IMG/VR virus record: IMGVR_UViG_3300017917_002782
Coordinates: 1,022-65,021 of that record
Length of the DNA stretch: 64,000 nt
Origin: a virus
Taxonomy: Duplodnaviria; Caudoviricetes
Direction: 5' to 3' (one strand)
Below, piece by piece: positions 1-10,100 of this stretch (its first letter is position 1; each line of letters begins with the position of its first letter). Below the pieces are notes generated by a model, which saw nothing but the letters and a program-made list of their open reading frames with translations, made no database searches and was not told the DNA's origin. A program made the translations under genes and the position numbers.

Positions 1-351
1 TTTGGTAATTCTTTTCACACCATATTCTTTTCTTACCTGTTCTTTGGTAACATAAGTAAAACCAACACAACCACTATCCCAACGACAACTAAAACCACTT
101 GTGTTCATTGTTATTCCGCTGTGGTCATAAAGGTACAAAGGTAATGATACACAAATTTCTTTACTCTTTAGAAATTCTCGAGCTTCTTCCCTTGAAAAAT
201 CGTGTTTGTCACCCAAGTTATAACGAGAATGAAAACATACCATTGTTCCCAAGTTATCGTCTTCACGAGGACTAAACGGATTTTCATCCTGAATGATTTT
301 AATTCTGTACTTTTTGTTGTCCTTAACAACATCTTTTGTTTCTATTGTCAT
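1..351 (-). CDS. hypothetical phage protein (partial, runs off window edge)
   Basis: ATG at 351 below an early promoter; open frame MTIETKDVVKDNKKY...LPLYLYDHSGITM...WDSG read by hand. Confidence 0.7.
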   Translation of the reverse strand, partial: MTIETKDVVKDNKKYRIKIIQDENPFSPREDDNLGTMVCFHSRYNLGDKHDFSREEAREFLKSKEICVSLPLYLYDHSGITMNTSGFSCRWDSGCVGFTYVTKEQVRKEYGVKRITK

Positions 352-406
352 AATGTTTTTTATTTAACGAGTACAAAGATATAACACTTTTTTATTTATA
401 CAAACA

Positions 407-625
407 TTATTTACAATTTTTTTGTAAGAATTTTAAAGTTGTGTTCAACTCTTCCTTATCACAACACACCGCCACTTGTCTATTCATTGGTATCCAAAAA
501 AATCTGTGGTTTCTCACAATTACATACCCCAAACAAAGTTTACCCTCATACCAATAAACTTGTTTATAGTATGTGTAGTTTAATTCTTCAAACCCACGTT
601 TAATAAAATCAATAAATTTTTTCAT
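407..625 (-). CDS. hypothetical protein
   Basis: ORF directly below promoter motif. Confidence 0.7.
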   Translation of the reverse strand: MKKFIDFIKRGFEELNYTYYKQVYWYEGKLCLGYVIVRNHRFFWIPMNRQVAVCCDKEELNTTLKFLQKNCK

Positions 626-740
626 AATGTTTTTTATTTAACGAGTACAAAGATATAACAAAAATTCTATTATACAAGAAATATTTTATTTTTTTTTCAC
701 CGGTACTGTTCCACCTGTCGGATTTTGTCTGGAATATTCC

Positions 741-929
741 CCAGACTAAATCTTGATCTGTCAACCAGATCGATCTGGTGAAAAACCAGATCGATCTGGT
801 GAAAAACCAGAATTCATCTGGTTATTGCTATTTTAATAATCTATTGATTTTTAAGTATCTAAGTTTTTCCAGACTAAATCTTGATCTGTCAACCAGATCG
901 ATCTGGTGAAAAACCAGAATTCATCTGGT
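741..929. repeat. local direct repeat containing palindrome ACCAGATCGATCTGGT (x3)
   Basis: ccagactaaatcttgatctgtcaa(a)ccagatcgatctggtgaaaaaccag at 741 and 869. Confidence 0.85.
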
Positions 930-996
930 ATAAAAAAACCCCCACCATTTCTGATGAGGGTTTAACCTGTCGCCAATCGGTTGTTACACCAATGTC

Positions 997-1854
997 TTAC
1001 ACCATTTCAACCATACGATTGAAGATTAAACGTTCACGATTACCATAGGTACTGAACATTTTATTTTCTTCATTCTTGGTTGAATCACCTCTATTCATTG
1101 AATGAGTTGTCCACTTGGTTACACCACTAAACAATCCCCAAAGGTTATCACCTTTACTTTGAAGTTCACCATTAAGGTCAATTTCAAAACGAGATAGTTT
1201 GTTACGAGTAACACTTGAAAGACTATCAACCTTATTAAGGTCAACATCTTTCTCTATGTCAAACAAGATACGTGAAACCCAATCTTGGTCTTTCTCACCA
1301 ATACGAATGTCGGAAAGTTTTTGAATGTTTTGGAACAATTCTTTTTCCTCTTGTAGTACATACTCCAAACTTCTACAAATATCATCAATTCTCATTGACA
1401 TATTTTTGGTGTGTCTAACCTTTGTTTCTAAGTTACGGAACGCCGCGAAAAAGGTATTCATACAACTGATAGTAATGTTACTAGGTCCAAATGCGAGTGA
1501 GGTTGAACCATCAAATGAGTTCACACCAGTAATGTACCCTTCAAGTTTGTCATTACCCAATCTAAAATCACTTGACTTTAATTGAATAAACACTTTCTCA
1601 CCATCACCGAATGAACCACCACGATGAATAGGTAAACCAACTTGTTGTGAAACTTTATCCAAAAGTTCAATAAGCTGATGATTTTGATAAGGTTGATACC
1701 CTTTACCATGAATTGATAACACTCTGTTGTTGTCATCTCTAACAAGGGCTTTCTTATCACTAATGATAATACCTGAAGCTGTTTGTACTTCTTCTTCTCT
1801 TACTGTCCAATTCAAACCCGTTTGATTTAGGACTTCATTAATTCTGTCTGTCAT
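997..1854 (-). CDS. DUF932 family (phage/plasmid-like) protein
   Basis: GLNWTV, YQPYQN, NSFDGSTS, CMNT, RHTKN, GDNLWGLFSGVT motifs. Confidence 0.8.
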   Translation of the reverse strand: MTDRINEVLNQTGLNWTVREEEVQTASGIIISDKKALVRDDNNRVLSIHGKGYQPYQNHQLIELLDKVSQQVGLPIHRGGSFGDGEKVFIQLKSSDFRLGNDKLEGYITGVNSFDGSTSLAFGPSNITISCMNTFFAAFRNLETKVRHTKNMSMRIDDICRSLEYVLQEEKELFQNIQKLSDIRIGEKDQDWVSRILFDIEKDVDLNKVDSLSSVTRNKLSRFEIDLNGELQSKGDNLWGLFSGVTKWTTHSMNRGDSTKNEENKMFSTYGNRERLIFNRMVEMV

Positions 1855-2094
1855 ATTGTTTAATTATGGTACAAATATAAATCTATTTTGAATATAACCA
1901 AAATAAATTTATTTTTTTTTTCTTGAGGATGACGGTGTCGCACTCCGGGTGCTTCATTTAGTCTGGAGTGTCATACAGATATGTTCCAGACTAAATCACG
2001 AGCTGTCACCAATGCTGAGGATTTCTTTGACAAAAAAAACCCCCGACTTTCGCCGAGGGTTATTGGTTGGTAAAGCAGGAAACCAATCAATATC

Positions 2095-2469
2095 TTATGT
2101 TGTGAAGTATGGATGTATTACTTCATTATCAGCTTCGACCATTCTCTTAACGTGTTCAACAGCCGACTTATCTTCGGGGTCATAAATGAAGTCCACGTTA
2201 CTTGAAGCGATTACAAACTGTCCATGTGTAATACCCCAAAAATAATAACGAACCGTATCATTAATATCTACGTTGTTTAAAGCTTTTTCACAAACCTCTT
2301 GAAGTTCGGGAAACAACTTTACATTACCGGTAATTGAAGACTTAATCGCCAACTTCATACTACCTTTTTCAAACTCATCAGCTACTTTGTTTTCACCGAT
2401 GTTTCTCAACCCTTGAACAAAGATTGATTTGTAACTTCCCGAAGGAGCTTTTGGAAATGGATTATTCAT
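2095..2469 (-). CDS. hypothetical protein
   Basis: ORF; start moved to MNNPF after the upstream stop. Confidence 0.65.
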   Translation of the reverse strand: MNNPFPKAPSGSYKSIFVQGLRNIGENKVADEFEKGSMKLAIKSSITGNVKLFPELQEVCEKALNNVDINDTVRYYFWGITHGQFVIASSNVDFIYDPEDKSAVEHVKRMVEADNEVIHPYFTT

Positions 2470-2473
2470 AATG

Positions 2474-2746
2474 TTAATTTTCAATGTTTCTAAAAAAATC
2501 TTTATCACCTTTTGTAATAACCAAAGACACCTTGTTATTTTTTGGGTTGACTTGGTACACGTTCAAAACCTCATAACCATAAAACCTTTTTAAATCACTT
2601 TTAGAGTAATCTTTAGTGTGTTCTATGGTATCTGTTGGATTTTTCCTTAAATGGTCTATAATCTCATTTTTGATAGTGTTACGGTCAAACTTGTCAAAGG
2701 TCTTAACTAACATATCTTTGTTTTGACTGAATAAATGATGTGACAT
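2474..2746 (-). CDS. hypothetical protein
   Basis: ORF below promoter. Confidence 0.7.
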   Translation of the reverse strand: MSHHLFSQNKDMLVKTFDKFDRNTIKNEIIDHLRKNPTDTIEHTKDYSKSDLKRFYGYEVLNVYQVNPKNNKVSLVITKGDKDFFRNIEN

Positions 2747-2804
2747 AATGTTTTTGATTTAACGTGGTACAAAGATATAACAAAAAAAGAATTATACAAG
2801 AACT

Positions 2805-2990
2805 TTATTCAACAAAATTAAAATATTTTGTTAACAAGTGTTTCTCAACTCGTTTTTCCACATAATCTTTCGGGTATTCCCAACCGATATTGAACCTATC
2901 GTTAACACCTTGTTCCTCGAATGCGTGTACACTTTTTACACAACGATAAAAAGGTTTTTGTTTGTTTGATACAAATGTGTGTAAACTCAT
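2805..2990 (-). CDS. hypothetical protein
   Basis: ORF in operon with upstream gene. Confidence 0.6.
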   Translation of the reverse strand: MSLHTFVSNKQKPFYRCVKSVHAFEEQGVNDRFNIGWEYPKDYVEKRVEKHLLTKYFNFVE

Positions 2991-2997
2991 AATGTTT

Positions 2998-3231
2998 TTA
3001 TTTTGTTTCTACCCTAATAACAAATAATTCATCTGACATTTCGGATTTATCCACCATATCCCTCACTTTCATTGCGGTTTGAATATGGTTATTATTACCA
3101 AACACCTCAATAATATATTTTGCTTTACCTTGTTTTTTCCCGTTAGGTAAAAAATACTCCCTTGTTGGTTCGGTAGTGTTACGAACTTTGTTGTCGTTGG
3201 TTGACACGTAAAAATTTTCTGTTGTTGCCAT
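2998..3231 (-). CDS. hypothetical protein
   Basis: ORF below promoter. Confidence 0.7.
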   Translation of the reverse strand: MATTENFYVSTNDNKVRNTTEPTREYFLPNGKKQGKAKYIIEVFGNNNHIQTAMKVRDMVDKSEMSDELFVIRVETK

Positions 3232-3467
3232 AATGTTTTTGAATTAACGTGGTACAAAGATAAAACAATTTTTCTTTTATACAAGGATTATTTTTATTTT
3301 TTTTTCACCTGAAGATCGCACCAGAATTCCCATCTCACTTTTTGTCTGGAACATTCCAGACTAAATTTCGATCATCCCCGATCTGAAGTACCGGTGGAAA
3401 ACATCCTGAAAACAAAAAACCCCCGACTTTCGTCAAGGGGTTAGTTGTCGTTAAACATTATGACAAA

Positions 3468-4151
3468 TTATAAAACAGATAGAAAAGCCGGACTTGGGTA
3501 TCTTACATTCTCTTTTTCTTGTTCCCTCATTGATATACCCTCAATATCTCGGTAAAACTCATCGGGATATATTTCGTAATCTCTACAAAACAATTGAAGT
3601 AACTCATAGTATGGTTTGTAGTACACCAACTCTTTAAAACCCATTGATGCCCATTTGTTGGCAATATTTTCACTTACACCTCTTGATTGTAGGTAATGTG
3701 TTTTATCTCTAAAGTCTTTCAATCCATATAACCCTACCGAACATACCGCATGGTAACCCTCTTCCTCCATTATCTCTGTAAGCTTTTCTTTACTGATAAT
3801 CTTGTATTCATCGGGGTATAGTCTAATAAGCTGACCATCAATATAGGTCTGTACCACATCACCCACATAATTCTCATTCCAACTCTTACTGTCAGCTTCG
3901 ATTTTCTCAATCTCTCTATTGATGTATTCCTCTTTATCTTCTTTTCTGAAAAAACCAATTGGTTTACTTTCATTAAAAACCAAATCCATTTCTTCCTTGG
4001 CGGTTTCGGTTAACTCTTTACGGATAACTGGTTGTTCCGAATAAGCCCACACAATTGTGAATTTCTGTATCGGGTTTCTTAACTCCACGAAGCTGAAAGG
4101 TCGCATAATCATTATGAACCCCTCTCTAAATTTATTTTTCGCGTTTATCAT
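3468..4151 (-). CDS. hypothetical protein (short YLQSRG motif reminiscent of the SufB/D C-terminus)
   Basis: 227-aa ORF with promoter and terminator. Confidence 0.7.
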   Translation of the reverse strand: MINAKNKFREGFIMIMRPFSFVELRNPIQKFTIVWAYSEQPVIRKELTETAKEEMDLVFNESKPIGFFRKEDKEEYINREIEKIEADSKSWNENYVGDVVQTYIDGQLIRLYPDEYKIISKEKLTEIMEEEGYHAVCSVGLYGLKDFRDKTHYLQSRGVSENIANKWASMGFKELVYYKPYYELLQLFCRDYEIYPDEFYRDIEGISMREQEKENVRYPSPAFLSVL

Positions 4152-4273
4152 GTGTTTATTGTTTTAACGTAGTACAAAGGTAAAACAAAAATTCATTTAT
4201 ACAAGGATTATTTTCAAAAAAAGAAAGGGGATACAACTTTCGTCATACCCCCTACTCTTTCGTTAAATCAAAT

Positions 4274-4822
4274 TTATACAGACAAGTACAAACGAGAATG
4301 GTTGTAATACGCTACGGGATTACCTTCAGCAAGTTCCCCATAGGTATCTTTTATAATGTTATACATCACTTCTTGTGGTTCACCGATACATTCCGATAAC
4401 ATTTCAACAAACCCATAGTTACTTTCATCAACTATGTCTTGTGTCGTCCCAGGTAAACCACAATAGTAAGCCTCACCTACTTCGGATATGAACATCCCAC
4501 TAAAAAATCCTTTTAGTTTGTAACGATTAACAAATTCATCAGCGTTACACCAAATGAATACTGTGTTATTCTTTTTATCTAATTCCTCAACCATTGTTTC
4601 GTCAATGATATAACCACCATTTGCTTGGAATTGTCCGACACTAAATAATCCAGAAGGACTACCATGTCCCATGAACATACATCTGTCGTGTTGTGAAATG
4701 AGTTCTTTAATTTCTTGTTTGGTTTTACCACCAGTTACCAATGTAACATTTTCCATATTCTTATAGATAATATCTAAGAATTGGGTGGACTTGTCTTTTG
4801 GATGAATAATTAATGTTTTCAT
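4274..4822 (-). CDS. hypothetical protein, possible clan CD (caspase/gingipain-like) fold
   Basis: FMGHGS ... VFIWCNA His/Cys motif pair. Confidence 0.55.
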   Translation of the reverse strand: MKTLIIHPKDKSTQFLDIIYKNMENVTLVTGGKTKQEIKELISQHDRCMFMGHGSPSGLFSVGQFQANGGYIIDETMVEELDKKNNTVFIWCNADEFVNRYKLKGFFSGMFISEVGEAYYCGLPGTTQDIVDESNYGFVEMLSECIGEPQEVMYNIIKDTYGELAEGNPVAYYNHSRLYLSV

Positions 4823-5063
4823 GTTTGTATTGATTTAACGAGTACAAAGATAACGCAAAAAAATTATAATACAAGTTTTTTTTTATTTTTTTCCCGGGGG
4901 ACCTGAGATGTTACTTTTAGTCTGGAGTGTAATACAACATTGGTCGGTTATAAATTCCAGACTAAATGTTGGTACCGGGAACATCTCCGATACGTCTGAG
5001 TGGAAGGGTGTGGTCATAAAAAAACCCCACCGATTTGGTGAGGTCTTTTGTTGTGTGTGGGTA

Positions 5064-5369
5064 TTACATAAACCTCACACTCGGAATATCGTTCAACTCA
5101 TGGTCGTCAAACTCACAATTATCGGGTTCGTTGAAGTAACGGAAGTGTACGTTCATTGTTCCGTTCTCAAACCACCAAATTCTAACTTGGGTACGATGTT
5201 CTGACACCATAAACCCCTCAATCTTTCTTAACTCACCGATTAACTTGTTTACATCATCTTCGGTTACGTTGTCCAACATTTCTTCGTTGTTCACAATAAA
5301 GTCATCAATAAATTCACAATCTCCGTCATAGTCGATTGAAAAGTCAATGTACATTGTTTCTTTACTCAT
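5064..5369 (-). CDS. acidic hypothetical protein
   Basis: ORF with promoter and terminator. Confidence 0.7.
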   Translation of the reverse strand: MSKETMYIDFSIDYDGDCEFIDDFIVNNEEMLDNVTEDDVNKLIGELRKIEGFMVSEHRTQVRIWWFENGTMNVHFRYFNEPDNCEFDDHELNDIPSVRFM

Positions 5370-5489
5370 AATTTTTGTTCTTTATTAGTTATTAATTAAT
5401 TAATTTAACGATACAAAGATATAACTTTTTTTCTTTAATACAAGAGAAAGTTATCCACACTTTGAATGTGGATAACCTCAATGTCGGTC

Positions 5490-5684
5490 TTAATGAAGAT
5501 ACTCATTAAGTATCTGTGTAAACTTCTCCCATTGGTCGAATGGTACTTGATTACCCTCTTCGTCCGTGATATTCACGATTGACGATAGGTCGGTTGTGTC
5601 GGGAATGAAAATGTCAAAATACGTTCCGTCCGTTTCAACTCGGAAACATTTCATTGGTACTTGGGTTACTGTTACGTTTTTCAT
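5490..5684 (-). CDS. hypothetical protein
   Basis: ORF below promoter. Confidence 0.65.
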   Translation of the reverse strand: MKNVTVTQVPMKCFRVETDGTYFDIFIPDTTDLSSIVNITDEEGNQVPFDQWEKFTQILNEYLH

Positions 5685-5937
5685 ATTAGTATAAATTAAA
5701 TTTAACGATACAAAGATATAACTTTTTTTCTTTAATACAAGTGAAAGTTATCCACATTTTTTTGTGGATAACCCCGGACGGGAAGGTTCAGGTGGATTTA
5801 GTCTGGAATGTAATACCCACTACTGATGTAATACCTCGGCGGGTTCCAGACTAAATGTTGTTACCGGGACTGTTCTGAGGACTTCAGAAACTCTTGGACA
5901 AAAAAAATCCCCACCATTTCTGATGAGGATATTTTTA

Positions 5938-6186
5938 CTACTCTTCCACTTCGATAGTGTCACATACGTGGTCAGTGATGTTGTCTATGAATTGGTTTAC
6001 CAAGTCTTGATTGATGTCAATCTTACTTGTTTTATCCCATAGACCACCAACAAATTCATCGGGTAACTCCTTTACCACTTCGTTGAGGAACTCCGTACCA
6101 CTTAAATCGTAGTTAATCATGTGTACAATTTTTTGAGAAACCATGTCCTTGACAATTTCTCTAATCTTAATCTGTGTGTCTGTCAT
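5938..6186 (-). CDS. hypothetical protein
   Basis: ORF with promoter and terminator. Confidence 0.7.
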   Translation of the reverse strand: MTDTQIKIREIVKDMVSQKIVHMINYDLSGTEFLNEVVKELPDEFVGGLWDKTSKIDINQDLVNQFIDNITDHVCDTIEVEE

Positions 6187-6434
6187 AATAATTCAAATAA
6201 CGAAGTACAAAGATATAATGTTTTTTTATTTATACAAGTATTTTTTTATGAAGTTATCCACAAGTAGTGAACACCCTGACGATCCAGGACTCACCTGTCG
6301 GATTTTGTCTGGAATGTATTACCCACACCTGATGTAATACTACACATATTCCAGACTAAATGTCGATTCCGGGATGGTCCTGAGGAATTCTTCGGAAACA
6401 AAAAACCCCCGACTTTCGCCGAGGGTCAATTGTG

Positions 6435-6647
6435 TTAAACCAACTTATACTCTAATATCTCTGTATCATCATCTTCGTGTAGTACATAATCTTTGGTTAA
6501 ACCTCGTACCGAAACGGAATTGGTAATTTCACCATGTGAGTTCACCCACACTTGAATATAAAAGGGTTCTTGATACCAACCATTCTTTTTAGCGATTTCA
6601 CCCCAACCCTTTCTGTGAAATTCAAATTTTTCTTTATTAATATCCAT
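6435..6647 (-). CDS. hypothetical protein
   Basis: ORF overlapping upstream stop. Confidence 0.65.
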   Translation of the reverse strand: MDINKEKFEFHRKGWGEIAKKNGWYQEPFYIQVWVNSHGEITNSVSVRGLTKDYVLHEDDDTEILEYKLV

Positions 6648-6834
6648 TTCTTTTTTTCTCTTTTGTTAGTTCACGAATATCGGTAACGAAATGATAAAAT
6701 AAAACAAATACCATAAACAAACCAAAAAAGAAAACTCCGATTTGGTTATCTGTTGGAATATCCCATTTAAAGGATGTCCAACCACTAAACACTATTGACC
6801 CAATAATGAATAGGTAACGTAGGAATGTAAACAT
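6637..6834 (-). CDS. small two-TM membrane protein
   Basis: two hydrophobic stretches; start moved to MFTFL. Confidence 0.6.
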   Translation of the reverse strand: MFTFLRYLFIIGSIVFSGWTSFKWDIPTDNQIGVFFFGLFMVFVLFYHFVTDIRELTKEKKRNGY

Positions 6835-6835
6835 A

Positions 6836-7018
6836 TTAGTCAAGTATTTTATATTCATCTTCACCAACAATCAAACCAAGACTTCTACCATTATCCCACT
6901 TCACGTTAATAACACCACCACCAACGTGGTAAATAGTTCCTTCTGTACCCGTTTCAATAGGGTTCGGGTCATCATTCATACTGATTAATTTAACCCTTTT
7001 TCCAATTAGTTCGTTCAT
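6836..7018 (-). CDS. DUF4314 family protein
   Basis: GKRVKLISMNDDP...GTEGTI...VKWDNGRSLGLIVGED. Confidence 0.8.
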   Translation of the reverse strand: MNELIGKRVKLISMNDDPNPIETGTEGTIYHVGGGVINVKWDNGRSLGLIVGEDEYKILD

Positions 7019-7085
7019 AATGTTTTAAATTTAACAATACAAAGATATAACAAAAAAACAATTATACAAGTAAAAGTTATCCACA

Positions 7086-7256
7086 TTATTCATCCCCTTT
7101 TAAACACTCCTCACAGGCGTTACAACTAAAACAATACGAACAACCACAACCCTTATCTTCTTCACGATTTCCACAATCACAACAATTGTACATACTACCA
7201 CAATCGTATTGTTTACCATTTCGGTCTGTACCTAAGTAACTTGATTTTTCACACAT
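7086..7256 (-). CDS. 56-aa cysteine-rich protein (missing from ORF track)
   Basis: MCEKSSYLGTDRNGKQYDCGSMYNCCDCGNREEDKGCGCSYCFSCNACEECLKGDE, 11 Cys, own promoter at 7280. Confidence 0.75.
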   Translation of the reverse strand: MCEKSSYLGTDRNGKQYDCGSMYNCCDCGNREEDKGCGCSYCFSCNACEECLKGDE

Positions 7257-7494
7257 AACTTTATTGATTTAACGTAGTACAAAGATATAACAAATTTTTA
7301 ATTATACAAATTTTTTTTTCACCCGTGTTCACCGGATGCAACTATTAGTCTGGAGTGTACTACAACACCTGATAGTGTAATACAGATTTCCAGACTAAAT
7401 TCGATCCCCGGTACTGTTCGAGTTCCCTGACGAAACGTATGGACAAAAAAAATCCCCACCGATTTGGTGAGGACTTTCATTAGGTCAGTTGAGG

Positions 7495-7899
7495 TTAGTT
7501 AGGACACATACCCATTTGAATTAGTGTGTCGGTAACTGATTGGGGTTTGGTGTCAACATCAATCTCATATATCTCATCGTAACCCGTAACTTCACTTGAA
7601 AATCTTAAATGTAACTTACTCTCATCCTCATCAAAAATCATTTCACATCCACAAAGAATCTCACATTCTTCTTCAACTATTAGGTGATTGGTAATAAATG
7701 AAACCGCGAGAATACCCTTGATTGGGTCATTGAGCGGTAAATCAAAAGGAGTAGTCATTCCACCCCTTTCCCCTCTTTGAACTAAAAAATGGATTTTTCT
7801 ACCGATAGAGAATACATCAATAGTACCCTCACTAACCATTTGGTTGAACGAATTTTTTGTACCTTGTACGAAAATTTCAATTTTTTCTTCTGTTGTCAT
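7495..7899 (-). CDS. hypothetical protein
   Basis: ORF below promoter; start moved to MTTEE. Confidence 0.7.
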   Translation of the reverse strand: MTTEEKIEIFVQGTKNSFNQMVSEGTIDVFSIGRKIHFLVQRGERGGMTTPFDLPLNDPIKGILAVSFITNHLIVEEECEILCGCEMIFDEDESKLHLRFSSEVTGYDEIYEIDVDTKPQSVTDTLIQMGMCPN

Positions 7900-8203
7900 A
7901 ATGTTTAAATTTAACAATACAAAGATATAACAAAAATAAATTAATACAAGAGAAAGTTATCAACACTTATCCACACAGACGAAGAACAAGAATGGACGGG
8001 AAGGTTCAGGGGGATTTAGTCTGGAATGTAGTACAACAACTGATAATGTAATACGATGTTCCAGACAAAATCGGCATCGATCAGGGATGGTAGGGTTCGA
8101 GTGGTACCTGAGGAAGTAACATAAAAAAACCCCCGATGGAAGTTCCACCGAGGGTCGTGTAAGTCAAAATTAAACCATGAATATAATAAACAAAAAAAAT
8201 CCT

Positions 8204-8521
8204 CTATTTTGAAAAAATCACATCAATATCTTCGGGTGATAGAATTGGTGTTTGGTCTAAATCCGTATCATCCCCAACATGGACGTAAACGTCAAACGAA
8301 CCCTCAAATTCGTTATCAACAACTGATACTACTACAACATCTTCATCCCAATTGTAAACCAACTCCTTTATCTCTTTGAATAAGAAGTCGATTATCTTTT
8401 GACAATCTTCTTTGGTTTCAGTTCCTTTTTCTGATACGAAGTCTACAACTTCTAAGTTACGATTAACACTAATACTAAGGTCAGTACGTAAGTTTGTGTT
8501 TGTTCTAATGTGGTTTGTCAT
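8204..8521 (-). CDS. acidic hypothetical protein
   Basis: ORF below promoter. Confidence 0.7.
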   Translation of the reverse strand: MTNHIRTNTNLRTDLSISVNRNLEVVDFVSEKGTETKEDCQKIIDFLFKEIKELVYNWDEDVVVVSVVDNEFEGSFDVYVHVGDDTDLDQTPILSPEDIDVIFSK

Positions 8522-8813
8522 AATGTTTTTTTTATTGATTTAACGAGTACAAAGATATAACCTTTTTAAATTAATACAAATTTTTTTTTATGAAGTTATC
8601 CACAAGTAATCAACACAGACGAAGAACAAGAAGGGACGGGAAGACACAGGAAATTTTAGTCTGGTGCGTACTACAACAACTGATAGTGTAATACGATGTT
8701 CCAGACAAAATGTTAATCCGGACGACAGGTGAGTTCTTCAAGGACGAGTGGTATGAAAACAAAAAACCCCCGATATTTCTACCGAGGGTTAGATTATATG
8801 AAACAGAAAAAGA

Positions 8814-9140
8814 CTAATCCTTGTATGCTTTTATCCTTTCAACATTGTTGTCAATGATTTCAACAAGGTCATCAAAGTAAACCATGTCAAACGATTTAAC
8901 CACGTTCCCATGTGTACTCATTAGGTGTACGTTGTAAGTGTCAGTCCAATCTAATGTAATAAGAACATAACCTTTGTGGTGGTGTCCGTTTACCTTAAAC
9001 ATTAACCCTTTACCAAACACGTTGGTTAGTTTATTAACCCCCCAACTCCAATAAACTGAACCACTACTTTTAAGAAGTAATAAAGTTTCGTTTACGTTGA
9101 ACTCCATTTTTAAAAGTTCCTCAATTTTTGAAATGTCCAT
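8814..9140 (-). CDS. hypothetical phage protein
   Basis: ORF with promoter and terminator. Confidence 0.75.
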   Translation of the reverse strand: MDISKIEELLKMEFNVNETLLLLKSSGSVYWSWGVNKLTNVFGKGLMFKVNGHHHKGYVLITLDWTDTYNVHLMSTHGNVVKSFDMVYFDDLVEIIDNNVERIKAYKD

Positions 9141-9429
9141 AGTTTTTATTGATTTAACGAATACAAAGATATAACAATTTTAAATTAATACAAGTAAAAG
9201 TTATCAACACTTATCCACAACACAGACCACCCTGAAGATGATCCAGGACTCACCAGATCTATTTTAGTCTGGAACCCATCACACATATTCCAGACTAAAA
9301 TTTATCACCGGCAGATCACGGGTGAGTACCTGATGGAGTAACATAAAAAAACCCCCGACTTCCGCCGAGGGTTTATTAAATCAAATAGTGTTCCTTTATC
9401 AATCAAGTCCCACCAAACCCCTTAACTTC

Positions 9430-9744
9430 TTATTGTGAAAGAAACCCCAATAGTTCATGTCTATTCACACCACACGAATAAGTTAAACCACTATCCGTTT
9501 TTAAAACCAATCTAAGATAACCCAAGTGTCTAACATCACCACTATCAAAATGGTATGTAACACCTTTAGAGGTTGTGAATTGTCCTTTAATACAATAATC
9601 ACCACATTCAAACTTCAAGTCAACACATCCACCACTTTTGAATATGTTTCTTAACCTTGTACGTTCCTTTTCAAAGAATCTTACTTTAAACTCTCTGAAA
9701 TCTTCAAAGGTTAATTTTCTACCTATATTTTTACTTACTAACAT
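9430..9744 (-). CDS. hypothetical protein
   Basis: ORF below promoter. Confidence 0.65.
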   Translation of the reverse strand: MLVSKNIGRKLTFEDFREFKVRFFEKERTRLRNIFKSGGCVDLKFECGDYCIKGQFTTSKGVTYHFDSGDVRHLGYLRLVLKTDSGLTYSCGVNRHELLGFLSQ

Positions 9745-10100
9745 ACCATTTGTTTTTTAAATGTGGATACAAAGATATAACAAAAATAAATTAATACAAG
9801 TGAAAGTTATCAACAGATACGAAGAAGGGAAATTCACCGGAAGACGCCAGATAATTTAGTCTGGAAATTTCTGTTTAACCTTTTACACAAAAACTTAAAC
9901 AAGGACTCCAGACAGATTTTTTTCAGGTCCACCGTACCAACGGGTTAGTATAAATTCCAGACTAAATATAAATCCGGACGGTCGGGTTCGGGTGGTCGGA
10001 GTTATTAACAAATTCAGTGTGGATAACTTAATAAAAAAAATACTTGTATAATTCAAAATTCGTTATATCTTTGTACTCGTTAAATCAATAAAACAAAGTT

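Larger units (their letters stand above)
5451..10026. promoter_or_regulatory. cluster of DnaA boxes (TTATCCACA)
   Basis: perfect boxes at 5451, 5467(rc), 5748, 5763(rc), 6254, 7077, 7967, 8596, 9211, 10018(rc); TTATCAACA at 7957, 9201, 9807. Confidence 0.75.
374..10074. promoter_or_regulatory. about 17 copies of a Bacteroidota-type early promoter (TTG(T)...TATCTTTG, -7 TAnnTTTG)
   Basis: caaagata/caaaggta/caaatata on the plus strand at ~374, 647, 1871, 2770, 3255, 4174, 4845, 5414, 5711, 6208, 7040, 7280, 7920, 8550, 9164, 9771, each just upstream of a minus-strand ATG; tatctttg at 10067 for the plus-strand gene. Confidence 0.85.
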
